NCBI GenBank assembly: GCA_028718945.1
Contig: JAQUKT010000001.1
Span: 11,997-75,996 of the forward strand
DNA from: Actinomycetota bacterium
GTDB taxonomy: Bacteria; Actinomycetota; Geothermincolia; Fen-727; JAQUKT01
Length of the DNA: 64,000 nt
Reading direction: 5' to 3'
The notes below the pieces were generated by a model, which saw only the letters and a list, made by a program, of their open reading frames with translations, was not told where the DNA came from and ran no database searches. The translations under genes and the position numbers were made by a program. Shown piece after piece: positions 46,859 through 57,186 of this stretch; within the stretch, counting starts at the first letter, position 1; every line of letters starts with the position of its first letter.

Positions 46859-48751
46859 TTGGACGCAAACTTGAAATACTTAGAACCGATAATGGAACAG
46901 GAACAATTCGACAAACTTGCTTGTCTGAACCAGCCGAAACTGTTCCAATTTGTCAGGGCAGCCTACGACATCTGCGAACCTGAACGTATATTCGTCTCAA
47001 CCGATTCCCAGAGTGACACCGAATATATACGAAGAATGGCGCTCGAGCTCAAAGAAGAACAAAAACTCAAGACCGCCGGGCACACCTGCCACTTCGATGG
47101 CCCCAAAGACCAAGGAAGAGATAAGGCTAACACCAGGTATCTCCTGCCTCCCGATATCCACTTGGGGAATCACATAAATTCGATGCCCCGCGAGGAAGGG
47201 CTCTCAGAGGTTCTGGACATATTCAGAGGCTCAATGAGAGGAAAAACAATGATAGTTCTTCTTTACTGCCTTGGACCATTGAATTCCATATTCGGCCAAC
47301 TCGCATGCCAGATAACAGACTCATTCTATGTTGCACACAGTGAAAATCTTCTTTATAGGCAGGGATATGAGGAGTTTAGAAGAGTATCGGGCAATGACCC
47401 GGAAATCTTTCGTTTCCTTCACTCAGCAGGCAGGCTTGAAAACGGCGTCTGCGCAGACATCGACAAAAGAAGAGTCTATATAGACCTCAAGACGAATACG
47501 GTTTACAGCGTGAACACTCAATACGGCGGAAATACAATGGGTCTCAAGAAACTCGCAATGCGCCTGGGAATATCAAAAAGCCTGCGTGAAGGATGGCTGA
47601 CGGAACACATGTTCATCGTTGGAGTTCATGGAAAAAATGAAAGGATAACCTACATAACTGGCGCCTACCCGAGCCTCTGCGGAAAAACTTCCACCGCGAT
47701 GCTTGAAGGTCAGACGATCGTTGGAGATGACATTGCGTACTTGAAGAAAATAAATGGTGAGGTGCACGCGGTAAATGTCGAGTGTGGCATATTCGGGATA
47801 ATTGAAGATGTAAACCCGCATGACGACCCTGCCATTTACAAAGCGCTTACGGAGCCCGGTGAGGTGATATTCTCAAATGTTCTTCTAAAAGATGGATATC
47901 CATACTGGACCGGAATGGGCAAGGAATTACCCAAAAGCGGAATAAACTACGCTGGTGAATGGTTCGAAGGCAAGAAAGACGGAAAGGGAAAAGAAATCAA
48001 ACCATCACATCCAAACGCGAGGTTCACCATCAGGCTCCAGGAACTCCCAAACTGCGACCCGAGACTCGATGATCCAGAGGGGTTGAAAATCGAGGCGATG
48101 ATTTTTGGTGGAAGAGACACGGACACCTCTGTTCCGGTTGAACAGGCTTTCAATTGGGCACACGGGGTAATTACAAAGGCTGCCTCACTCGAATCCGAAA
48201 CAACAGCCGCCACTTTGGGGCAGGAAGGCATAAGAGAATTCAATCCGATGTCAAACCTCGACTTCCTGGCTGCCTCTCTCGATACCTATATCCATAAATA
48301 CCTCGAGTTCGTAGAAGATCTATCTAACCCTCCCCTCATATTCTCGGTAAACTACTTCCTTACCGGAGAATCCGGAGAATACCTAACAGGGATGATGGAC
48401 AAAAAAGTCTGGATCCGCTGGGTAGAAGAGCGTGTTCATGGTGAGACTGGCGCTCTCCGCACCCCCACAGGACTAATCCCGCTTTACCACGACCTCAAGA
48501 GACTTTTCAATGACGCGCTTGGCAAAGAATACACCGAAGAGCAGTACCAGGAGCAGTTCATGCTCAGGATTCCACAGCTACTTTCAAAGATATCAAGGAT
48601 TGAGGAGATATATCGAAAAGAGTGGGGAATACCAGAAATCCTTTTTGCGACACTAAAAGAGCAGAGAGCAAGACTCGAAAATATGAGAAAAGAGTTTGGT
48701 GACTATATTTCGCCGCTCGTTTTGTCCCAAGCAAACATAGAGGGAAAGTGA
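46859..48751 (+). CDS. pckG: Phosphoenolpyruvate carboxykinase (GTP)
   Basis: 630 aa. Kinase-1a-like TGAYPSLCGKTSTAML and GGNTMGLKK blocks typical of GTP-dependent PEPCK. Confidence 0.8.
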   Translation: MDANLKYLEPIMEQEQFDKLACLNQPKLFQFVRAAYDICEPERIFVSTDSQSDTEYIRRMALELKEEQKLKTAGHTCHFDGPKDQGRDKANTRYLLPPDIHLGNHINSMPREEGLSEVLDIFRGSMRGKTMIVLLYCLGPLNSIFGQLACQITDSFYVAHSENLLYRQGYEEFRRVSGNDPEIFRFLHSAGRLENGVCADIDKRRVYIDLKTNTVYSVNTQYGGNTMGLKKLAMRLGISKSLREGWLTEHMFIVGVHGKNERITYITGAYPSLCGKTSTAMLEGQTIVGDDIAYLKKINGEVHAVNVECGIFGIIEDVNPHDDPAIYKALTEPGEVIFSNVLLKDGYPYWTGMGKELPKSGINYAGEWFEGKKDGKGKEIKPSHPNARFTIRLQELPNCDPRLDDPEGLKIEAMIFGGRDTDTSVPVEQAFNWAHGVITKAASLESETTAATLGQEGIREFNPMSNLDFLAASLDTYIHKYLEFVEDLSNPPLIFSVNYFLTGESGEYLTGMMDKKVWIRWVEERVHGETGALRTPTGLIPLYHDLKRLFNDALGKEYTEEQYQEQFMLRIPQLLSKISRIEEIYRKEWGIPEILFATLKEQRARLENMRKEFGDYISPLVLSQANIEGK

Positions 48752-48902
48752 GGGGTTTATCTTTGCCTTTGGAAGATTACCCATAGGTCAAACTCCTGCT
48801 TTCTGTTAGAAGCTCTAACGTCATCATTCACTCAGGCTAATGAATGGGTGTGCTTTCTGTGCTGCTTGGGAAACGGAAGACAATGCTCGATTAGTATCAT
48901 CT

Positions 48903-49664
48903 CTATGTTTTCTGCCAATTGGGCTGCTCAAGCGCTTTTAGCCATTGAAACAATATCTCAAGAACCCGCCCATCTCTTCTAAGACGGTGCCCTCCCCCTT
49001 GAAGAATCTTAAGTTCCTTGGGCGCACCAGCCATTTCGAAAAGCTCATATCCCTGCTCGACAGGAACAACCTCATCCTTTTCGCCATGAACAAAAAGCAA
49101 GGGGACAGGGCTTATTTTTGACACGAACGAAGTCGCATCATGGGAATCAATTTTTCTCTGCAAACCTGTTGAATCCAACGAAGCGTAATCATCGCGAATT
49201 ATTCCTGCAATTTTCGCACTCTCAATGAAACCAGAAAGCACCTCAGGCCTGAAAACATCTCCGAGCCTCGCTGGCGAAGCGAATGAAGCAACACCAAGTA
49301 AACCACCCTTGTTCGAAGCCGCATACCTCAATGAAAGCAAACCGCCAAATGAAAAACCCGCCATCACCCTTCGGTCAAAAAGTGAGGCGAAATTCATTAT
49401 CTCAATGAGGTCCTTGTACCATCCATCGGGGTCGAAACTTCCCTGTGAATCGCCCGTCCCGCGCATGTTCACAAAGAGAGCAGAATAACCCCCTTCATAT
49501 AAAGAGTCCGCAAGAGCATCGTAACCCGGGTCGCCAGGTTCTGATTTTGACAGCGGAATCCCGTGGCACAATACAACAAGTATTGATTCCTTTTTCTCAT
49601 GTTTCCAGATTTTACCCCGGAGTTTGAGCCCTTCCGATTCGATTGTTACTTTCTTCCCCTTCAA
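48903..49664 (-). CDS. Alpha/beta hydrolase (dienelactone hydrolase / esterase-like)
   Basis: GFSFGG nucleophile elbow plus HGxxD and Asp/His arrangement. 253 aa. Confidence 0.6.
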   Translation of the reverse strand: MKGKKVTIESEGLKLRGKIWKHEKKESILVVLCHGIPLSKSEPGDPGYDALADSLYEGGYSALFVNMRGTGDSQGSFDPDGWYKDLIEIMNFASLFDRRVMAGFSFGGLLSLRYAASNKGGLLGVASFASPARLGDVFRPEVLSGFIESAKIAGIIRDDYASLDSTGLQRKIDSHDATSFVSKISPVPLLFVHGEKDEVVPVEQGYELFEMAGAPKELKILQGGGHRLRRDGRVLEILFQWLKALEQPNWQKT

Positions 49665-49766
49665 GCTAACCTCAAAAGTGCACCTGATTACTATGAAACC
49701 CCAAAATACCTTTTTCTATATTATTATTTGAAAAAACTACTTGTAAGTAAAATAAGGCGAGGGAAA

Positions 49767-50915
49767 TTGAAAAAAGTTGCAATAGTTCGCTGTGAGAACT
49801 ACGACCCCGAACTCCTGAGACAAAAAACTAAGGAGGCATTTGAGCTACTTGGAGGAGCGAAAAACCTCGTTTCCCCCGAGGAGACTGTCTTCGTCAAGGT
49901 CAACGCCCTTGCTTCCTCTCCACCTGAAGAAGCCGTTGTGACCCACCCGGAACTCGCAAGAGCCGTCATCGAAGAACTTCTGAAAGTAACTCAAAAAGTC
50001 ATTATTGGTGACAGCCCCTCGGGTCCGTTCACACCATCTACCTTGAAGCGAATTTACAAAGGGTGCGGGTATGAGAAAATCGCACACGAAACCGGGGCTT
50101 CTCTTTCCTTTGATACAAGTGTCGAACAGGTAGAAGTCCCCGAAGGCAACGCGATAAAATCCGTATCACTCTGCAGGGCGATAAATGAAGCTGACCGCGT
50201 TGTTTCAATCTCAAAATGGAAAACCCACATGCTCACCGGAATAACCGGAGCAATAAAGAATATGTTTGGTGCAGTTGCGGGAATGAATAAAATTACATAT
50301 CACTCCCGCTTCAGCAGAGAAGAAGATTTTTCAGAGCTCCTTGTTGATGTTCTCCTCGCGAAGCCTCCCGATATCCACATTGTTGACGCAATCGTGGGAA
50401 TGGATGGAAACGGACCAAGAAGAGGGAACCTGAAACAAATGGGAATAATCGCAGCAGGGACCTGTGCCTTCGCACTTGACGCGGTAATGATGCGCCTCAT
50501 CAATCATGACATTAGCGAAAACAAACCACTTTTAGCAGCAATGAGGAGGGGTTTTCTCGACCCTGACCTTGAAGATGTGGAAATTCTCGGCGAAGACCCA
50601 AACTCCCTTGTGATAAACGACTTCATGATGCCGGACAAGAAGCAACTAAGTTCAAGGATCCCTTCTCCTCTCATGGATATCTTTGGAAGATGGCTTGCGC
50701 TCAATCCAAGACCAATCTTAGAAAATTGCACCTCCTGTGGCAAGTGCGTCGAGTCGTGCCCGGCAAAAGCAATCGAAATTGAAGGAAAATGCGCCAAAAT
50801 CAATCAAAAAAAGTGCATCAGGTGTTACTGCTGTCAGGAAATATGCGACTCAGAAGCAATCGAACTGAAAAAGCCTTTTATTTTCAAAATAGCAAGCAAA
50901 ATCGCAGGCGGATAG
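49767..50915 (+). CDS. DUF362 domain protein with C-terminal 2x[4Fe-4S] ferredoxin domain
   Basis: Probable TTG start at 49767 preceded by GGCGAGGG. The ATG at 49599 given in the ORF track would overlap the convergent hydrolase gene. C-terminal CTSCGKCVESCP / CIRCYCCQEICD. Confidence 0.6.
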   Translation: MKKVAIVRCENYDPELLRQKTKEAFELLGGAKNLVSPEETVFVKVNALASSPPEEAVVTHPELARAVIEELLKVTQKVIIGDSPSGPFTPSTLKRIYKGCGYEKIAHETGASLSFDTSVEQVEVPEGNAIKSVSLCRAINEADRVVSISKWKTHMLTGITGAIKNMFGAVAGMNKITYHSRFSREEDFSELLVDVLLAKPPDIHIVDAIVGMDGNGPRRGNLKQMGIIAAGTCAFALDAVMMRLINHDISENKPLLAAMRRGFLDPDLEDVEILGEDPNSLVINDFMMPDKKQLSSRIPSPLMDIFGRWLALNPRPILENCTSCGKCVESCPAKAIEIEGKCAKINQKKCIRCYCCQEICDSEAIELKKPFIFKIASKIAGG

Positions 50916-50919
50916 TCAA

Positions 50920-51735
50920 TCAAATAGGAGCCTCGATGGAAACTGGCTCGTTGAAATCAGAGAACTCTACATTGATGAAAACCTTCAGGATTTTCATTCC
51001 TAACTCCTTTATCTTCCCCGAAAAACTCATCTTTGTCTTCTCGAGGAAGAAAGTTTTTTCTTGAATCCAAACTTCCATTTTTGCTTTTGTTCCCTTGAAC
51101 AAGGAAGCATCGACGCCGGGCACCTTTACCCTTCCCACGTACTTTTCCATATCTACGAAAAACTCGAGATGATACCTGCCATCCTTGCGATCAACAAGTC
51201 TCAAATTCTCCGTGTATCGAAGATAGGAAGCAGCATCCACCGGAACAAAAACTCCGGCGGAGTCCGATTCGTCCTTCTCCGTCCAGCGCAAGGACCCGGA
51301 AGGTTTGACATAGGTTTTCTTGCCAATCTTTATTTCCTCGGTTGTCTTCCCACCGGTGGTGCTTTTCATCTGCATGCTCTCAGGAGCCTTGAAAAAGCCC
51401 TCAGACCTCGAACTGACCGATGTTATTACATCTCCCTCAGGCTCGGAAATGTTTATGTCGAGAAGAATCTCAATGTGCGACGATTCCATTTTCTTCTGCG
51501 AACGAATCGTTTTTTCGACTATGTTCTCAGGGTTAGAAAGAAGCTGTTCCCCGCAGCCAGTGAACTCAAGCAAAAGAAACGCGAGAAGAAGAAAAACGAG
51601 AAAAGGAAACTGGAAGACTCGCGTTAGTTCCCTTTGCTTCTTCTGAAGATTCCGATAACCTCGCATATTCCCAATTCTCTCTAAGCCTAACAAAAAATTG
51701 CTGAAGCCCGGGACAATCCTCTTCAACTCATCCAC
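50920..51735 (-). CDS. Hypothetical lipoprotein
   Basis: Signal peptide with lipobox LEFTGCGEQ. 271 aa, no recognisable catalytic motif. Confidence 0.45.
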   Translation of the reverse strand: MDELKRIVPGFSNFLLGLERIGNMRGYRNLQKKQRELTRVFQFPFLVFLLLAFLLLEFTGCGEQLLSNPENIVEKTIRSQKKMESSHIEILLDINISEPEGDVITSVSSRSEGFFKAPESMQMKSTTGGKTTEEIKIGKKTYVKPSGSLRWTEKDESDSAGVFVPVDAASYLRYTENLRLVDRKDGRYHLEFFVDMEKYVGRVKVPGVDASLFKGTKAKMEVWIQEKTFFLEKTKMSFSGKIKELGMKILKVFINVEFSDFNEPVSIEAPI

Positions 51736-51954
51736 ATTTAGCAGGCTGATTGAGGTCGAGTTTCCGCTTACCGCACTGCCGCCTCAACATATTCCCTAAC
51801 AGCACTGTACTGGCTGGCCTCGCGTCTCAGATAAGCGGATGAAAGAGCCGCCCTTCGACAAGAAAGCGCAATGACATTGGTAAAGGGGGAACCAACATCT
51901 ATTCCAAGAAAAGCTTCGTGTCCACCCATTTACTCACCCATGACATAGACCGAA

Positions 51955-53325
51955 CTACTCGATTATCTTTCTGTCCTCTTCGGCCGGATTCTCGAACTTC
52001 GAGTAAGACCCCATCCAGAGAAGTTCAAAGTGCCCGGTTCTGCCATTTCGATGCTTGGCAACATTTATCTCTGCGATACCCTTGAGGTCTTGATTTCTCG
52101 GGTCATCCACCTCGGGACGATAGATTAGAACAACCACGTCAGCATTTTGCTCAATTCCACCGGATTCCTTGAGATCCTCGAGGCTTGGCTCCTTTTTCGC
52201 TCCCTGAGCAGGTCTTCTGAGCTGAGATACCGCAATAAGCGGAACTTCAAGCTCCATTGCGATTACCTTGAGGTCTCGTGCAATTCGCGAAACATCCTGG
52301 GCTCGGTTCTCTGGCTTGGAACCATACATGAGTTGAATGTAATCAACTATGATTAGCCCGATGTTCTCTTTCGCTTTCCACTGCCTTGCAATCGTGCGCA
52401 TTTCCATGAGCTTGATATCGCCCGTATCGTCAATGAAAATCGGCGCGTTCGATAGAGTCCCACACGCGTGTACAATTTTTTCCACTTCTCTGTCGATCAA
52501 ATCACCGGTTCGATACTTAACCGAGTCAATGCGTGATTCCCCGAGAAGAAGTCTTTCAGCAATGTCAGTCTTGTTCATCTCGAGAGAAAATATGAGAACG
52601 CCTATTCCTTCATGAACAGCAGCGTGGTGTGCGATGTTCAGCGCAAAACTCGTCTTTCCCATAGACGTTCTACCGCCTATGATTATGAGATTTGATGGTT
52701 GAAGTCCGCAGGTTATGTAATCAAGGTCATAGAAACCAGTTGGAACGCCAGTAATCCGGGAACCCTTCTGCTGCGCCTCTGTCATCCTCTCGAAACTCTT
52801 TACCAAAGGGTCTTTGATATGGCTTATTCCTTCCCTTCTGAGCCGCTTGCCAAGTTCAAAAAGAGAGGATTCCGCTCTATCATAGAGAATTTCCGCTTCA
52901 TCTGATGTCTCGTATCCCATCGCAGCAACCCGATATCCGAGGTCTATCAGATTGCGACGAAGAGATGCCTGCCGGACAATTTCAGCGTAATGCCTCGCGC
53001 TGTGAGGATTCGGCGTGTGGTCAACAAGCATGTGTATGTAAGCCTTGTCACCAACCTCTTCAAGGATGCCACGCTTTTCGAGTTCCTCTGCTAAAACAAC
53101 CGGGTCTGTAACTGAACCCTTCGCGTAGAGCTCGACTAACACCTGAAATATCTTTCTGTGTGCATCCTTGTAGAAGTCCTCTGGAACAAGCAATTCCTGA
53201 GCAATTGCCACAGCCTGGTGTGAATATATCATTGAGCCGAGAACAGACTCCTCGGCATCGAGGTTATGGGGAGGCACGCGGTCAAAATTTGCTGCTTCAG
53301 CCGGCATTTGCACCTCAAGCCTCAC
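51955..53325 (-). CDS. dnaB: Replicative DNA helicase DnaB
   Basis: Walker A GGRTSMGKTSFALN, DnaB N-terminal domain. 456 aa, downstream of rplI. Confidence 0.9.
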   Translation of the reverse strand: MRLEVQMPAEAANFDRVPPHNLDAEESVLGSMIYSHQAVAIAQELLVPEDFYKDAHRKIFQVLVELYAKGSVTDPVVLAEELEKRGILEEVGDKAYIHMLVDHTPNPHSARHYAEIVRQASLRRNLIDLGYRVAAMGYETSDEAEILYDRAESSLFELGKRLRREGISHIKDPLVKSFERMTEAQQKGSRITGVPTGFYDLDYITCGLQPSNLIIIGGRTSMGKTSFALNIAHHAAVHEGIGVLIFSLEMNKTDIAERLLLGESRIDSVKYRTGDLIDREVEKIVHACGTLSNAPIFIDDTGDIKLMEMRTIARQWKAKENIGLIIVDYIQLMYGSKPENRAQDVSRIARDLKVIAMELEVPLIAVSQLRRPAQGAKKEPSLEDLKESGGIEQNADVVVLIYRPEVDDPRNQDLKGIAEINVAKHRNGRTGHFELLWMGSYSKFENPAEEDRKIIE

Positions 53326-53355
53326 CGCCTTTTTCTTTCCTGTCTAATACGCTTT

Positions 53356-53910
53356 TCAAGTCTCATTCTCTTTTTCCGACACTGCCTCTGTTTCGGAAGG
53401 TAGTTGTTCTGCTTCAACCTCGACCGGTTCCAAGGATTCCTCGGGAACAAAGCCCTCACACTCGACTAAAAGTTCCACCTGAAAATCGACATCAGGGTGG
53501 AGCCTCACCCGCGCTGAATAAGTCCCCACCGAGCGAATTTTTTCGTCAAGAAAAATCTTGTGACGGTCGATTTCCTCACCTAAAAGATCTGTCATCAACT
53601 CTGCTATATGCCTGTTCGTAACCGACCCGAAAAGCTTTCCCGTTTGAGAACACCTTACTTTGATCTTCAGGGGAAGCGAAGCCTTTATTCTTTCAGCAAT
53701 AGCCTCGTATTCTTGCCTTTGTTGCAGCGCCTTTTTCTCCAGAGCCTTTTTTCTCTCCTCGATTTCCTTCAAGCGCCCGCGCTCTACGGCCACCGCAAGA
53801 CCCTTTGGTATGAGGAAGTTTCGAGCATAACCACCCTTTACTTCCACAACCTCACCCATGCGGCCGAGATTTTCCATGTCCTGAACTAAGAGAACCCTCA
53901 AAATTCTCAC
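53356..53910 (-). CDS. rplI: 50S ribosomal protein L9 (with acidic C-terminal extension)
   Basis: MRILRVLLVQDMENLGRMGEVVEVKGGYARNFLIPKGLA N-domain. Extended Glu-rich tail (184 aa). Confidence 0.85.
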   Translation of the reverse strand: MRILRVLLVQDMENLGRMGEVVEVKGGYARNFLIPKGLAVAVERGRLKEIEERKKALEKKALQQRQEYEAIAERIKASLPLKIKVRCSQTGKLFGSVTNRHIAELMTDLLGEEIDRHKIFLDEKIRSVGTYSARVRLHPDVDFQVELLVECEGFVPEESLEPVEVEAEQLPSETEAVSEKENET

Positions 53911-53922
53911 CCCTCTTCAAGG

Positions 53923-54159
53923 TTACTTTCGAGGATAAGGAAGAAGCGCCATCTCTCTTGCGTTCTTTATCGCATTGGCAAGTTCTGATTGGTGAGAAGT
54001 GCACACTCCGGTCACGCGCCTTGGTCTTATCTTTCCTTTATCGGAAATGAAACGGCGAAGAGTAGGAATGTCTTTATAGTCTATGTATTCTATTTTTTCC
54101 TTGCAGAAATAACAGTACCTTTTCCTTTGCCTTCTAACATACCCGGTTTTCTCGTTCAA
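53923..54159 (-). CDS. rpsR: 30S ribosomal protein S18
   Basis: 78 aa. Conserved [31 protein letters not shown]. Confidence 0.9.
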   Translation of the reverse strand: MNEKTGYVRRQRKRYCYFCKEKIEYIDYKDIPTLRRFISDKGKIRPRRVTGVCTSHQSELANAIKNAREMALLPYPRK

Positions 54160-54201
54160 CTTAAGCGAACACTCCCCTCAACACTCCTTAGACAAAAATC
54201 C

Positions 54202-54651
54202 CTAAAGCGGCAGGTAACCTCCCTCATCTCCCCCTTCAATCGGAGGGATATCTATATTATCCATTTCCCCGGCTATGCCTGCCGCGCCCTCGAATGCCCT
54301 TTCGTTAGGTGCCTCTCCGGCTCTCGGCAGAAATTGGACATTCTGGGCATTTACCTCAACCGCATACCTTTTCTGCCCGTCCTGAGTTTCCCATGTTCTT
54401 GACCGCAATTGACCATCAATGGCAACCGCGCGCCCCTTTCTCAAGTACTGATAACTTGTTTCCGCCTGCCTTCCAAAAACACTTATGTTGAAAAAATCCA
54501 CTCCCTCGACACGCTCCCCCTGCTCATTCGTGTAGGGCAAGCGGTTCACAGCAATGCCGAATCTCGTAACTTTTTTCCCAGAAGGCGTCATTCGCATCTC
54601 TGGGTCCCTCGTGAGATTCCCCACCAAGACAACCCTGTTAACCGAAGCCAT
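54202..54651 (-). CDS. ssb: Single-stranded DNA-binding protein
   Basis: OB-fold N-terminus MASVNRVVLVGNLTRDPEMRMTPSGKKVTRFGIAVNR. Gly-rich acidic tail. Confidence 0.9.
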   Translation of the reverse strand: MASVNRVVLVGNLTRDPEMRMTPSGKKVTRFGIAVNRLPYTNEQGERVEGVDFFNISVFGRQAETSYQYLRKGRAVAIDGQLRSRTWETQDGQKRYAVEVNAQNVQFLPRAGEAPNERAFEGAAGIAGEMDNIDIPPIEGGDEGGYLPL

Positions 54652-54655
54652 CCAC

Positions 54656-54946
54656 TTACTCCTTCTTCAAAACAAGCGTCTTCACGCGTAAAATTTCATC
54701 CCTCATACCAGCAGAACGCTCGAGTTCCGGAACTATCTCAGTTCCTGCCATAAACTTTAACACAGCGTAATGACCGTTATCCTGACGTTTTATGGGATAC
54801 TCGAGTTTTCTGGTCCCCCACATATCAATTCCGGTAACCTTCCCGCCGTGCTTATTGATTAGCACTTCCATCTCGCTCAGGACAGCTTTTGCCTGCTCAT
54901 CTGTAAGGCTCGGACTTAAAATGAACAAAGATTCGTAACTTCGCAA
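54656..54946 (-). CDS. rpsF: 30S ribosomal protein S6
   Basis: MRSYESLFILSPSL...KVTGIDMWGTRKLEYPI, 96 aa. Confidence 0.9.
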   Translation of the reverse strand: MRSYESLFILSPSLTDEQAKAVLSEMEVLINKHGGKVTGIDMWGTRKLEYPIKRQDNGHYAVLKFMAGTEIVPELERSAGMRDEILRVKTLVLKKE

Positions 54947-55238
54947 GAACAGCCTCCATTCAAAAAATGATATTCAAAAAAACGAAAAATCTCGCTTAAG
55001 CGTGCTGCATATTATAGCACCCGATTTCAGGGCAAGCAAACAAGGTTGGAAAAGCCTAATTTTCTTTGAAAACCACAAATTATTTGTCAATTTCCCAAAA
55101 AAGTAACATAAACCTTCGGAATGTCATTGGCAGATTCTTGTTGGATATTCTGATTGAAAATGCAAGCCGTATTATGATTTTGTCGCAGCATTATGATAAA
55201 TTTATTCTTGGTAGCTTTGCTCATGAACGGAGAGCAAG

Positions 55239-55502
55239 TTGAAACTAAAAAACGTTATGGAAGACCTCGTTGCGGAGTACGTTGATGAGGCAATTTCAAA
55301 CGATAACGACTTCTGCAAATGCGAGCGGTGCCGTCTTGACGTAATCGCGCTTGCCCTCAACAAACTCAAGCCAAAATATGTTGTCACAGAGAAAGGATAC
55401 GCTTACGCGCGCCTTGGCGAACTTCAGGCTCAGTTCCGAACAGATATGATTGTCGCAGTCAAAAAGGCGATGGACATCGTCAAGAAAAAAGCACGCCATT
55501 GA
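55239..55502 (+). CDS. comFB: ComFB-family late competence development protein
   Basis: 87 aa with the 4-Cys pattern (CKCERC...) and LVAEYVDEAI N-terminus typical of ComFB. Confidence 0.6.
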   Translation: MKLKNVMEDLVAEYVDEAISNDNDFCKCERCRLDVIALALNKLKPKYVVTEKGYAYARLGELQAQFRTDMIVAVKKAMDIVKKKARH

Positions 55503-56719
55503 GAGCCGGAAAAAGCGGTGAAAACTTGAATCCACATGAGAGCGAAACTCCAAAGCCTTTTAGATTTGAGTTCTGCAAAGAATGTGGTACGTGTTTCTCC
55601 CTTTGTCCCGTACTCTCCTTTCCCATAGAAAAGGCACAGGGCGAAATCAGAAAAGTCAAGTTTGGAGGAAGTTCCCCGGTTCTCTCAAAATGTACTGGCT
55701 GCATGGATTGCGACTTTTTCTGCCCTGAAGGAGCAAACCCGGCAGAACTAATCCTTTCAAGGTGGAGAAATATCAACCTCGAACGGAATCCCCTAATTCG
55801 CGCCAACTATTTTCTCCCTCATTCGAGACCAAACTTCAGAAGTTATGTAATCGAGCGGATGGGAAAACGCGAGAGGAAAATAATTGAATCCTGGAAGGAC
55901 ATGTCTCCCTCGAAACATATTTGTTATCCAGGCTGCAATATGATTGCAACCCCGCTTCTAACCCAAACAAAAGTGCTCGAGAAACTTGACATAAGAGGAA
56001 GCCTCGATGTCTGCTGCGGGGAGATGTACTGGCGAATGGGTCTTTTTGATGATGTTCGGACTTGCGCGGAAAAAACAACGAAATTTTTCCAGACACTAAA
56101 GGCAGAAAAGGTAACGATACTCTGCACGGCAGGCTATTATATGTTCACAGAGGTGCTCCCACATTTCGGAGGGGGATATCCATTCGAGATTGAATCGTAT
56201 CTCGAATTTCTTGACCGAGAAATTAGTGCCAGCGAAATAGAATTCCAGAGAACTCTCCCCATGAAAGTCACCATCCAAGAATCATGTTATGGCAAGCAAT
56301 TCGGGCATGAGTATATGGATATTCCAAGAAAAATTCTCAAAAGCGCCGGATGCCAGATTGTCGAGATGGAAAATTCGGGTGAAAAAATGCTCTGCTGCGG
56401 AATTGGAGCGGGCTTCAGCCCGGCAAGCGCCTACGACCCAATCAGAATGACACTCGCGGCTATGAGAGTACTGAGGCAAGCAAGAAAGACTGGAGCGGAT
56501 GCCTTGGTGGTGTATTGCTCTGGATGCCTTCAGATGCTCTCAACCGCACGGATTCTCTTGCCGCAAAGCCCGCCAATCTACCACATCCTGGAAATCATCG
56601 AGCTTGCAACAGGAGGAAATCCGGAGAAATCCTCACGAAAGTCAGGTTTTACCATGCTATCCGGCGTGGTGAGAAATCAGTTTCCTCTCCTGCTGAGCCG
56701 AAAGCGGCTTCCAGTTTGA
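55499..56719 (+). CDS. (Fe-S)-binding oxidoreductase subunit, GlcF/GlpC/HdrD family (2x 4Fe-4S + 2 CCG domains)
   Basis: CKECGTCFSLCP and CTGCMDCDFFCP ferredoxin motifs, then two CCG cysteine-rich domains (CCGEMYW, MLCCGIGAGF). Confidence 0.7.
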   Translation: MRAGKSGENLNPHESETPKPFRFEFCKECGTCFSLCPVLSFPIEKAQGEIRKVKFGGSSPVLSKCTGCMDCDFFCPEGANPAELILSRWRNINLERNPLIRANYFLPHSRPNFRSYVIERMGKRERKIIESWKDMSPSKHICYPGCNMIATPLLTQTKVLEKLDIRGSLDVCCGEMYWRMGLFDDVRTCAEKTTKFFQTLKAEKVTILCTAGYYMFTEVLPHFGGGYPFEIESYLEFLDREISASEIEFQRTLPMKVTIQESCYGKQFGHEYMDIPRKILKSAGCQIVEMENSGEKMLCCGIGAGFSPASAYDPIRMTLAAMRVLRQARKTGADALVVYCSGCLQMLSTARILLPQSPPIYHILEIIELATGGNPEKSSRKSGFTMLSGVVRNQFPLLLSRKRLPV

Positions 56720-57186
56720 GGATACATGGTAGAATGCAGCCCGTTTGACACATCAAAAGAAAACTACGGTGGGAAATAGGGACTCTCGGTAAGGGTTCAA
56801 GAAAGACAAAGATGCTTGATTAGTATATTTCAAGAGCAAGGGCTGTGCTTCTCCTCATTGCCCGCCTGGCATCGGATTTCACGGGGGCACGCTCAGAAGG
56901 CACCGTTTATGGTTTTTCAGTCAATAATTTGACCCCTTCTTGAAAACAATCAAATAACAGATGAAAAATTCAAAACATATCTTCTGTCATTGACAAAAAC
57001 GAAAAACTGTATTCTTTTATAAGAAGAACAATTCAAGTTCGCGTGAAGTATCGAGGAAGGAGGTCAAGTTGAAGAGATTTATGGTTCCGCGCGTAGCGCA
57101 CTGCGGCGAGGGTTGTTTATTGTAGTCCCGGGCAAGACGAAAAACTACCCATCGAGCGCTTGCCAGGAAGTTTCTTCCTGGCTTTT

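Noticed and set aside
49599-49766. ATG-initiated N-terminal extension of the DUF362 gene overlapping the convergent hydrolase gene
   Set aside because: It overlaps the opposite-strand gene by about 65 nt and has no RBS. The TTG at 49767 with an upstream GGCGAGGG gives a conventional start.
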